From Klebsormidium nitens (Eukaryota > Plantae > Klebsormidiophyceae), in NCBI GenBank assembly GCA_000708835.1, contig DF236995.1:218551-282550 (forward strand): a DNA stretch of 64,000 bases, read 5' to 3'. This document shows, piece by piece, positions 1-11,982 of the stretch. The position numbers and the translations under genes were made by a program. A model generated the notes under the pieces. It searched no databases, was not told the DNA's origin, and worked only from the letters and a program-made list of their open reading frames with translations. Position 1 is the first letter of the stretch. Each line of letters begins with the position of its first letter.

Positions 1-3000
1 CGGTGCTGATTTATATGTGGACCTCGCTGAACTGGACGTCATCTTAAAGTTTCACGTCCCATTGGCAGCGATGGATTGGCTGCCAGCGTACTAGTCGACG
101 CAATGCATGCCACTAGTAGAAGCGGAGCCAAAACCCCAAGTTTCAATTGACTGCCTTCTACCAATTCACGAATTGGTCGCTTCCACCCACTATTCCTACT
201 TGCCTTCCGTCTTTGGAAGCACCTTTATACGGTTCTCAAGACTTTTCTCGGAGACGTCCCCATCTTGGTCCTGGAGCAGAGATGCGAGCGCTGCGCAAAG
301 CAGAAAGCTAGTACCTAAACACATAAGGAGCTTATTTATGGTTTGAGCAGTAACCAACTGGACGATTAATGGCATGAACGCCAGATGTGCAGTGCTCATG
401 ATGGGACCTTGGTTTGGCTGTCACGCTATGCCGGGCTCGTGGGTACTGTAGCCTCAGAAGCACTTACAAATAAATCGGAGTCTTTCACTTGCTTGCTTTT
501 ATCCGCTTAGCAGATAGTTGGAGAAATGAAATCGGGTGTTCAGCCTGGCTCTGAAGTCAACCTGACTTCTGCTGCCATGCCGTCGGGCTGTGAAAACGTC
601 CCAACAAAGGGACACTGGGTTCCTCTCAAACGTCCGTCTTGCTTCATTCGCTTCCATGTTGGAGTTTTGTTGACCAACGAAACCGAAACGGAGTGTTTTC
701 TAAAAACGGAAGGACAGCTTGCTCGCGTAAGGCGGACTTTGCGGTTATCTTTGGGACACGACATTGACCACTCATTTGATGAAGACGTGATCAATACCTC
801 TTCAACAGTCAGACTGCTTTGCTCAGACTTTTGCGCTTGAACTTTGTTCTCTAGTGAAAAGAAGTGTGCTTTTTGTGCTCAACTTTAGATGGCAGAAAGT
901 GACCATGCCCATCCAAAAATGCGCTAACTTTGCGTAGACAACCGCAACCTCCAGTTATGCCCTTCCTCATCAGCGTCACATTATCGACCTATGATGGGAC
1001 ATCGTTGCTGGCGCGAATTACCGGGGAACTCAGACCTGTCGCCTGATGGCCGCTCAGCGATTTTCACATCGGATCCCTTTGATGGCTTTTGCCGCTTGCT
1101 GCGTGGACAGCCGCATGAAGGATGCAAGAAAGTTCATCTGCTACAATTGCCTGTAGCGGGCCAAAAGAGTGGATCAAAATTGCTATCCACCCGCACCCTC
1201 TAGAGCATTGCTGCAATGCTGGTACAGTGAAGCCGCGCGTGTCTGTCAAATCAGCAGAGCAGAAATGCTGCAGTCCGCTGGCCATTATTAGCCGGACGGT
1301 TGGTGTACCAATCGCCAACTGATTTCGTCCCAATTTACACAAGGCCTCTTTTTCAGAAGCAAAGGGGCTTTTATTTCACGTCGCGGATGCATCTTTCTAA
1401 TCTATACTGTTGAGGGCCGCGGCTGTATCCGTCACAGGATCCATTGATTACGGGGCCATTTGTCCATTACGTTTTGAATTGACATGATGTGGTAATCCAT
1501 CGTGGAGATGCGTAATGTCTGGAGCTGTTTCAGCTCAGCGCTTATGATAGGCGGTTGTCCTGGCTGTTCTCTCCTAGGGCAGTCTCCCTTCGCCGCTTGA
1601 TAGCCCTTCTGTGCCTTCTACCGGTTGTGGCTCGTGATTCCTTGCACCGGCAAACCAGAGGAGGATAACGTCAACTGATCGTGTCTCCTCGCACGCCAGG
1701 TTAGGCAATGGCCTTGACGTGCTTTGTGCCTTACTTGCTTCGTTTTTGATGACGGAAACCGTACCTTGGACTTGTGCTTACTTGTCCAGATTGCAGTCCG
1801 AAGGGTTCCTCAAAAGGGGCACACTCGTCCTTTAGGAGACTACTGCTAAAGAAGACTCGCCAACGCACGCAGATGTGTACGATAACTCTTAAAGAGGGCT
1901 TGTTGCTTCGTTGTTTTGCGCTATGTGTACCGCCTCCGATTCCTTGAGGCGTGGCGCTGCTATTACTCCATGAGGTTGATAGCAGAGGTAACCTGCAGCC
2001 CTGTGGCGTTTGGGCAACGATAAGAGCGGGTGTTGGCAGCGACTTGGCCACGAACGGCCCCAAATTCTGTATGAAGCCCAACTTTCAGCACTCTGAAAAG
2101 GCTCCCGCGGGTTCCATTTTTCAGAAGGACTCCGTCTCTATCTGCAAACTGAACAGGGCATCTTCTGGACAAGGGGAGCGTTGGCTGGCTAGCTCTTTTG
2201 GTTGAATCGACGTTGGTCTGTTCAATAAGATAACTTCCTCGCCAAGGGAGTCGCTGACAGGGCTGAGGCGTACCCTGAAATCTGCCCAAACCAATGTTCC
2301 GGCATCAAGGGCTGGTTTCAAGGTTTTTCCATGAGCTATAGGTATCTGTCGGGCTGTAACCAAGTACAAGACAACGATAGCGCTGACAACTCGGCGGACC
2401 AGAATTGCAAGTTCTTGAGTTGCGTCCCAGTCCCCTTTCAGCAACCCGAGTTGTCAAGGCAAAGATGGACGGGAATCCGGCCAACAGAGCTTGTTCTTCT
2501 TTTCTTCTTTCTGTTTTCGCTTCACTCTTAGCAAGGTCATCATTCTCCTGAACACATTCACGTCATTTGGGCCGAGGCCTTCCTGTTGGTCGGTCTTAGA
2601 AAGCATTTGTCCGTTGCTGCTTTTACTGTCGTTGTGGCAGAACCTCTACCTTTCAAAGGAATGCAATCAGGTCGCAAACCCCCGTATAACGTTGTTTTGA
2701 TTTGATGCGGGTAATGTTGTGATGATTTGAAACGTGGCCAAGCAGATGTGACTCATTTGACGCCGCACCTTGGAGTTTCCAAGCCTTGCCACCCGTGTGA
2801 CTGAGGATCTTTGGAGATTGGGACACCACAGCGTTAAGCTCGAAACGCGCCCGCTGATCACTTGATATTACGATGGCAGACTCCGTTACAATCCTGATGA
2901 ACCTTTCTCTGAAATAGGTTCAGAAAGCTCAACTTTTAGTACTGGGACGGGTAGGGTTAGTATGGTGGTTAGGGTGGGTGCGGGTGCGGAGCGGGTGAAT

Positions 3001-4612
3001 TAACTGGGTTTGGGTTTTTAGTGTTAGCTCGTTCTTACTAGAACCTTGTACTTACTAAACCTATTTTAGAGAAGTAATCCTGATGAGGCCAGGAAATAAG
3101 CTCTTCACGGGGTGCATGCCAAGCGTGAACTTTCCTCTGACGGGGGAAATATCGGAGCTGCCAGGAATCCTGGCTCAGTACGGACTTTCATCGTGCTCTT
3201 TCTCAGGTCTCTTTCGACCTACTTTTGCACGCACAGGTACTTGCCACGTTACTTGTGGTCTTATTTTTTGTCCGCTGACATTTGTCAATCGGTGAGATCA
3301 ACAGAATGGAAGTCTTCGAACGCTGTGACGACTCTCGTGAGAGCGAGGAATCCCTGGTCAATGCAAAGGACGCTGATTTCGAGGCGGCGCTCCTCTAGCG
3401 CATTGTGCACTTTGCAATAACGAGGTTGCTTTCCTGCTGATCGAATCCCCTGCACCCGTCCAGCCCTGCTGGCAATGACGATGTTTTGATGGCGTTAAAG
3501 ACGTCATATCTTGTGCAATCGGAAGCCAATCAGCTGACCATTTCAACAGCTGACAAGCTGGTTATCTACGATCTACAAACTATCCTTTCTCCCAGATTTC
3601 CAAACTAATATAGCTTTCGAAGGCTCTTCGGTGGTCCATCGGGCAGAGCTCCTCAGCGGATTCTGAGACGAGTGCGCCCATCAGCCCCAGAAACTTTCTT
3701 CCTGTGGGATGGATCGGCGCCTAAATCGGCACTAAGACAGACACCGTTCTTGTGCAGAGCCATTAATGGAAGGGTAGTCTTTACCGTCAGGCTACGGCAG
3801 ATCTTGCAGCATCCTTCGCCTTTGAAAGCACTTGGGCGTTGAGAATTGGATATCTAACTTGCTGTGGTATGGTCAGCAGATAAAGTAGGGGCAATGATGC
3901 GTGTCTCTGCTTTGCTGTGAGGTCGTTTTGTCGGCTTGTCACGAGTTTGCTGCATTCTTCGTGTCGGGAACCGCTGCTCAGAGGTTCCTCCTGAATCTTC
4001 TTTCTCGTGAGCCACTGATTTTTGTGAATTGCGTCAGTGGCCTAACTCAACTCTGTGCTAAGTATGTCTACCCCCTATATGGGCCTTCCCTGTAGTCATT
4101 AAGCCGTGAGCTCCGCTTCTGCATCGCAAGGATTACTTGCTGGTCTGACTGCATCCGATGTCAGATCCGGTTCTTTCGTGGTGCTGAACATGATGCGAAG
4201 TTAAAATATCGTCAATTCCTTTTTCCAAATGTGGAATTCGGTCATGATGTGGTCACAATCGGTTGGCAAGGGCGGCCAAAGGCTGCGGAACGGCATACCA
4301 CTGATGCCGCAAATCAGGAACGCTTGACCTTCTTCCCTTGGCCGTCATTTTTAATCTTTTTCAATCCTTCGACAGTTACCCAGCTACCCCATCCACCCCA
4401 GTCACTCAGCTACCTTGCTCAAATCAAGGAATGTTATCGGAGACCTCAGCGGAGATTCAACAAGGGTTAGAATTTTCTTACTGAACCGACGCGTGCGCCT
4501 CAGCAAATCTCTGAAAGCAACCAGGGGCGTTCATCGTAGTGTGAAAACGCCGAGTGGAGCCCATCCTCTCCGTATCGAATCGTTACCAACGGAACCTTAC
4601 CCGTGTGCGCAG

Positions 4613-7600
4613 GGCCGTACTACCAGGCGGCCGCACGCCGGGGTGACGTCATCCACACGAGCTGGGTGTTCGACTGCATCGAAGCGCGGGAACTACTACA
4701 CGTGCGCCCCAAGTAAGTTTACAATCATCGTAGTTTCTCCTTCGTTCGGGATGACCCATCTTGACCACCCCACTACAACGTATTCCTAAAGGCCCATTTT
4801 GTGGATTCTGCAGTCACGTCGATTTCCAGGCGGGGAGAGCATGCCTTATTTGGCGATCAGCTCGGTCTGTTTAGGCACAAGTCCACCGTTCGGATAATAC
4901 CCCCGTCAAGATGCGGGCAACAAGAGCCGGTTGCGCATTCCGTTCGCCGGAGCTTCGACGTGAATCAATCGCAGATGTGTTCCGGGCGCGGGCAGGTTAC
5001 TAATGTCCATTTCTCCCGTGCTTGCTGACTCGATTAGATTTCAAATCCACGCATTGCCACGCCGTAATAGAGTTGTCAGGCGGGGCACTTTTCGCCAAGG
5101 TTCTCCTGAAAGATCAAGCTCAAGACATCGGTCGAAGACTTTCCTGCCTCATGGAACGAGCCATCTGACGGAACCGTACCGCTGATCCACGCGGAGATTG
5201 GCGCCCGGCTGCTGACATGGGCACACCTCGACTGTTCCTGTGTGTTGTTGCAGTAGCGCTTGACTGCGGATATCCCTCTCGTGTTCCCTCATCCAGCTTT
5301 GTTTTGATGAAGTGAGGGCCGAAACCGGCATACCTGCCGATTGAGACAATCCTTGGGAGAGTTGTTTAACATTAGTATTAGCTTATTAGGTTGCGNNNNN
5401 NNNNNNNNNNNNNNNCCACTATTACTCCTTTGGTATGCACCTCGGCATACCACGTGGATCCGAAAAGCCATCCGATTGGCTAAGAAATCTGGAAAGCTTT
5501 GTGCAGCTTTTCGGTCGACGCGCACCCTTAAGACTTGGAAACACGTTTTGTCCAGGTACTATCTGCACCTGTCGGAGGTCACCCGGCAGGACCTGCGCAG
5601 CCAGATTGACGAGTACGGGGACAGCTACTGCGACGACCTTGACACCGGCGATCTGGCCCAGGTGAGGCGTTGCACTGTCTGCGAAAACAGTGTCAAGCTA
5701 TCAAGCCCGTTGAAGCTGTGACGTCAACGGGTGGCAGTCCTTTCCTCAGGGAAGCAAGTCCATGCATGTCTTGTCAGGCTGCAATATAAAAGTTGCGAAC
5801 ATAGCTCTACACGGGCGCGAAGCGTTCTTTCGGAAGTTTCTGAAGGCCTCACATGCCGCTTGTTGATTCTTGAAAGTTAAGGGACTCTTAAGAGAAAAGC
5901 AGGTACGAAGGTCTAAGCTTCCAGTCTCAGCAGACTCAAAAGGCAAACGCTTTCAATCGCAGCGGATTGTCGTTGGGTTCCTTAAGGTAACTCCAGTGCC
6001 TCCCAAACACACAATCTTGGCCCTTCCCTGCAACCCCAACATGACGTCACTCGTCCGCCGTTTCCAGCTCTTCTGTAACATGGACCCCAGCCGGTTGCAC
6101 CTCCCGGCCCACAGCATCACCCAGCTGGAGGACAAGTACGACCGGGGCACGCACTGGGGCGTCTTCAGGGGCTGCCACGTGTACATGCACCGGCCCATCC
6201 ACTCCAGGTGCGCGCGTGTTTTTGCGCTCTGCTTTTCTCCGGATACTGTAAGTTCTTACTGTGAGATGCTCTTGCATACTGGGGTAAGAGCATCCGAAAC
6301 CCGCTTCTCTTTGCGACCCTCCTTTGCTAGAGAAGCAGCAAGGTCGACACACGTACCGTTCAAATCATTGGTGCTTACTTTGATGGTGGCTGGCCCCTTT
6401 TGGCGCCAAGTTTCTAAAATCCCGTTCAGACTCAGTCCCTGCTCAACGGCCCCTTCTGCGATACCCAATCTCTCCAAGTAGCAAGATTGTATTTTAGAGA
6501 CCCTTCTCTGTCTTTGAATATCTATCTCATGCAATAAGTAGACTTTCGTGCATTGTCGACCCCTGCCCTGACACCTGTCGTCGTATCCCTACATTCCTAC
6601 CCTCCTGGACCCTGCTAATCTTCAATTCAGCCCTCTGATTCTGGAATGTCAATTCTTCTGACCAATCATCTTATCTAGTGCCTTTAGTACAAAGCGCTAA
6701 GCCTGCTCACGAAACTCCGTTGTAGCAACAAGGACCCCACGACGCTCACGACCCTATGGCCCTTAGCGTTTATCCTTCGTAGTATTCAATCTTCTGAATC
6801 AATATCTGTCCTAGTTACTCACGACAAAGTGCTAACCTGCCCACTAAATACCGGTTAAAGCCCACAACCAAATTCCTAACCCACACACCAAAACCCCGTT
6901 GCAGCAACGAGGACTCCCAGGCGGTCGCGGCCGCTGCCCTCCGGCGGCTGGCGCTGGACGTCCGCATGTACGGCGGGACGGTTTTGGACCAGCTCACGGA
7001 TGACGTCACGCACATGGTGGTGTTCGCGACGGCGGACTACCCGGTGACGCACGACATGGTCGTCAGGAGGTGAGAATCAGCGTCCCTCAGAATCGATCCG
7101 ATTCGCTCCCCATGGTTTGCCCCTTTCGGCCCTTTCGGCGCTGATATCCAGTCAAGCGTCCCTGATCGTCGGCGAAAGGTGTGAATATGGAGAGCGGCTC
7201 GAGCAACGATAGCGGGTGTAGTCAAGCAAGTAATGGTGTTTGCAACGAGCAGCTCCTGGCGACGCACAACATGGTCGCTAGAGGTGAACTATCCCATCAT
7301 AATTCACCTCTAGCGATGACGGGGTGGTGACGGACGAGTTGAGCAACGACATATGAGTGACGTCGGCTTTGAGCAGCGGAGGCAAAGAGTACGTCAAGGT
7401 TGACACCGAAGCGAAGTCAGACACGAGCAGCGAAGGCGGGAGAAGAATGAACGGTTCAAGAAACGCCAGGCATGACGTCAGCGATGACATCAGCAGAAAA
7501 GGACGACGTCGGGTGGTTTTGAAGATTATGGAAAAGGGCCCGGTAATCCTTATTGTTCTTCTACTATCCGTTTTTGCAGTCTGACTGCGAGGGAGCGGAC

Positions 7601-9858
7601 CTTGCTGCGCGAGCGGAGGATCAGGATCGTGGGCCACTTTTGGGTGGAGGCGTGCCGGGACATTCAGCGACCGGTGAAGGAGACCGAGTACCTCATCAGG
7701 TGGGCAATAGGAAGACCGCTTTTTACATTTCTGCTCTTCACCCGGGCTGACTTGGTGAATGCTTTGCTATGACCTGATCCGCTTTTGATTTAACCTCTTT
7801 TTGCTCATCTACCGGAGCGATATTGTTTGTGAAGTTGCAGCGGTGCTCCTTGTTTATCGAGGCTTGGGCGAGCGCCCATTTCCGCACTTCGGCGTTCCAA
7901 ATCTTCCACTTTTCAAATCGTGAGAAGCTTTCTTGGCGGATGCGTTCGCAAGCCCACCATCATCTGCGATTTTCTTTGCAGCAGTCAAAGTAGGAGCGCA
8001 GTTTCAGCCGACCCAATGCGTATTAGCCTCTTTACAGCTACGAACCACTCGCGGTGTCCAAAGACTGTTTTCACTTTTCCGTCGTCTCGTTTTCCTCCTA
8101 TGGATATACCATTCACGTTCCTTGAAAAAGTCGCTTTGGTTCCGCTCCGTTTCCATCGCTGATTCTCTTTCGTTGACGGGGCTTCTCGTCGGAGAGCCTT
8201 GCTTCCGCTTTTGTTCCAATTCATCGAGGTTCAGTTGTCTGTTGTCGTTGATTAGCCCTCTTGTTGTTGACCGCAGGTCTGAAGACGGAGATTCCGTTGA
8301 CCCCATAATGGAAGAAGTGCCGAGCCCCCAGCCGGAAATGAGCAGCGACGACGAAGCCCTGGGGAACCCGTCACCGGTCCCCACCCCAGCCAAGCCCAGC
8401 ATCTACGAACTCAACACGCGCCCCCCTGCTCCAAGAAGCGCCAAAAAGGCCCCCCCCAGCGTGATCAAAGTCCGAAGCCGCCGAGATTCAATCGGGCAGA
8501 AACTGCCAGAATCCGAAGTGGGGGGTTCCATCCAAGTGGAGAATGAGCGGGAGGACGGGACAGGGAGTGAGGTGACGTCAGCGAAGCCCGACATTTACGC
8601 GCTGAACATGAAGCCCCCGCCGAAAGGGGGGCGGAAAAAGGCCGGTGGCACAGGAGGGGGAAGGGGAACTAGACGCGGCGTGAAAACAGAGGAGGAGGTG
8701 CTCATGCTCCGCGTGAAGAGGAGCCGGGCGGCCAAGACGAAGCTGACGTCAGCCGAGGGCGATGATGACGTCAGCGGGGAGAGCGAGGGGGCGGGGGTAT
8801 CGGAACCGGCGCTGGCTCTGGCGCTGCGTCCCAGGAGGGCGGCGGCGGTCGCGGCCCGAGGGCGGCTGACGTCACGGGACGAGGGGAGTGACGTCAGCCT
8901 GGAGGAGAGCGAATCAAAGCCCGGGGAATTGGATTTGGAGACGCGGCAGAGACAAGAGAAGGGGAGAGGAAGGGGCCGGTTGCGAAAGGTTGGTGAGGAA
9001 AATTCGGAAGGAGAGGATCACGAAGGAAGGGCGAAAACGGAGGCGAGAGCAGAGGTCAAAGCAGAGGTGAAGGAGGAAGCGCTGAGTCTCGAGGACCGAG
9101 GGAATGCTGAAGGTGCGGACGGACTGGGTTTGGATAAGGAACCGAAACCGGAACCGGACGGTGACGTCAGACCTGACGTGGGCGGATTTACCGGGGAAGG
9201 AATCAGGCAGCGACGGAAAGGCAGGAGGGAAACAGTTGCGGTGAAAGAGGAAGTGAAAGAAGAGGAAGCGGAAGATCCGGGACCGGTAGGTATTTGGAGA
9301 GAAGGGGATGCCGAAACGAAGGGTTTGGACCGGTACGTCACGAATCGAACCGGGGCTGAGGACGAGAGAAAAGTTCGAACGAGGGCTCTATTCACTCGGA
9401 AACGAGACGCCGGGAATGTAAATACAAGTCGAGAGCCGGATAGCGTCTTTGGGGTGAAGGTGAAGGACGAACCCGTTAGCCAGATCGAGGGACCCGAGTC
9501 ACAGGTGGGTCCTGGGGAACGCTTCGATGGGGGACACGTGGCGGAGCCGGAGTGGGGGAGAGAAGACGGGGAGGGGGACGCGGCGAGTGACCCAGGAAAG
9601 GTCAAGGGGGAACTGGGACATGCATCGGCGGAAAGGGCCTCTGTTGTTGTTGATGAAACGAGAATGTCAGCTCCGCATTTCCCGGACACGACTTCAGCAG
9701 ACGACAGGAGGGGAGGGTTAGGGGCGGTTGACCCGCCCTCTGGCGCTCGGTTAGCGGAGGATGCGTCTCGGGCGGAAGCTGGTTCCGTGAGCGAGGCAAC
9801 CCCGAAGAAGAAACGCAAGGTCAACTTCCGGGAGCAGATGAAAGCGATGGGCCTTTGA
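4613..9858 (+). CDS. LIG4: DNA ligase IV, 3' part (end of BRCT1, linker, BRCT2, long disordered tail); 5' exons not found in window
   Basis: In-phase GT-AG exons 4613-4712, 5556-5661, 6068-6207, 6905-7069, 7580-7699, 8277-9858 splice to ...YYQAAARRGDVIHTSWVFDCIEARELLHVRPKYYLHLSEVTRQDLRSQIDEYGDSYCDDLD...VTHMVVFAT...RIRIVGHFWVEAC...KKKRKVNFREQMKAMGL*. This matches plant LIG4 as recalled (YQAAKRQRDVIHFSWVLDC; PKYFLHL..IDEFSDSY; C-terminal KKKKVSY). Confidence 0.93.
5396..5415. other. Assembly gap (20 N) inside a LIG4 intron
   Basis: Run of n in the sequence. Confidence 0.99.
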
Positions 9859-11982
9859 GAGGAACACATGCAAGTAGACACTGCCTTTGATGGTGACTTG
9901 TGCTTAGGAATCGCGACGAAGACCATAGTTGCTAGTTGAGCACAGAGGCTCCCCGGTGCTTGGCCACGTTTTCGGGATGCAATCTGTCGGGCCGTCACGC
10001 ACTGACTCGGAGAAACAACGCTGGCAGCCTCGCTACATTTCAGCTGTCAACTGCGCCAGGCGTGGCATGACGGTGCGGATCGTGCTAATATATATTCGAC
10101 GATGGTTCATTGTCAACAAGTTCAACGACGTGTACTAAGCAGTGCCGCCCCGTTATATCCGTTTTAGGTGGCCGAACCAATCTGAGTCGACTCTGGGACG
10201 GTCCACCGTCTGGAGATATACTACCTGAGTGCCATCCATTGTGAATCAGGATGCGTGCATGTACGGGGCTGCCATCGAGTCAGATTGGCCAGCTAGGCGC
10301 CGGTGCCGCTTTTGCCTAATGCGTTAAAATACTGTGCATGTGTCGGCATGCATCATGTATTTAATGCATGCCAGCGTTTCATGTGCAATAGGCTATGGCC
10401 TGCCTTCGGACTTGGCACTCTGATCGAATGCCGAGGACGATTGAACATGCGGCCAAGCTAGCGGCCGCCTACACAAACTCGTAATTATTTCAAATTCGAT
10501 AGTGTGCAATCGTCTGCCATGCGGCATGCCGCATGTCCATTCTCCGAAGCATTCAACGCCGTTAATACACCGACACTTAGAGCTGCCTATTGCTGATCGA
10601 CCGTACTGAGCTAAAAGCTTACTTGTTGTGTCCAGTTCCCGAATTCATGATCGATGCGGATTTTATAGTGAAGGCAAATTCAATTACCAGGAACGAGCGG
10701 CTTCAACGTATACATATAATATCTATAGACGTCTTTGACGGCACTTGTGGATTGAAAAAAGCCCTTCTTATTAACGTCTATATGCCCGGCCGAACTTAAC
10801 GTTCTGCAAGCCGAACTCGAACAATCAGTTCTGGTCGGACTTTCCGGCCCTGAGAACGTTCTAAGACGTGGTCCACTATCGGTGTCAGCACCGGCACCCA
10901 ACCGTCGCTTGACCGGCGTGCCTACTCATGTCATCATCAACGAAAGACTTGTCATCTTCATACGGCCCGTTGTCATGCCGATAGTGTGAGTCCAAGCCAG
11001 GCCAGGCTCACTGGCACGTGATACGCGTCTAGATAGGCACCCTCCCCCGGAGGGGCTTCCTCATAGTCCTGTTGACAAAAGTGGAGCCAACAAGTTCTGA
11101 CTCTCATTGGATTGACTATCAATTTTACATCCCAATGATAGTCTCGCTCCCATGTCGTTTCTCTCACGTACAAGCCGCTTTCCAATCTGCATTAAAGGGC
11201 TACTCTTATTTGTTTCGGCTCCAAACATGAAGCGGTTAAGCTTAAGCGCAGCAGCATGCTGAAACAATTGACATGCCGCGTGCTGCGTCTATGAAGTGCC
11301 TACTTGCCGCTATCTTTCTATAGCTACGTAGTCTAGAAGACAAATGACGTTAACAGCTGGTGCCAATGGCGCCGCTTTCAAAGCAGAAAGTTTCACAAAA
11401 GGTTGGCCTCTGTTGTATCCTAGGTTCGAGTATCCTAGAGACTCAAAGCATCTTCTCTTTTTGTTAAGCGCAGATTGCGAGTTCCATTCTTCGAGGAAGG
11501 ACACTGACATCACTGTCAATGTCGGTGTACAGAGTAGATGCTGTATTAGACGTCACACAATTAGTTACTTTAAATATGAAAATGCCCTTTATGTATCAGT
11601 ATCAGACGTCAGTATCAGTATAAAACGTCCGAGTGTAAGATCGAGAAATTGTACCGTTCATACCTTTTGACACCGCCTCGTCTTTCGCGTTCACAGTCTG
11701 CGGGATCGCTTTCTGCTCCTCTTGAGTCCTAGGGCGTAACGCCAGTCTCAGACCTTCAGCATGTAATTGTGTATACTCACAGAAAAGAGGCGGGACGATC
11801 CATCACCCCTCACTATGTACCTACACACTGGCACTGTGGTAGTACATTACCTGCGGACCAGGACCCCGGGCCACAGGGATATTATATTGGCCTCTTCCTC
11901 GTCTTCTTTGACAGTTCAGCGTACACTGATGTAGCTAGGGCGCTGCCATTTGCGGCGCAGAAGTCCCGCTGTTGCATCAAAG

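Noticed and set aside
1963-2289. VLKVGLHTEFG resembling the P-type ATPase actuator motif
   Set aside because: No other P-type ATPase motifs nearby, and the ORF is short.
2944-3030. Interstitial telomere
   Set aside because: At most two TTAGGG-like words and no regular period; better explained as a branch-point tract or G-rich patch.
7933-8276. N-terminal extension of the 641-aa ORF
   Set aside because: Pyrimidine-rich intron read-through; the true exon begins at acceptor 8276/8277.
9018-9998. 326-aa minus-strand ORF
   Set aside because: Antisense shadow of the GC-rich LIG4 tail exon; S/P-rich and without motifs.
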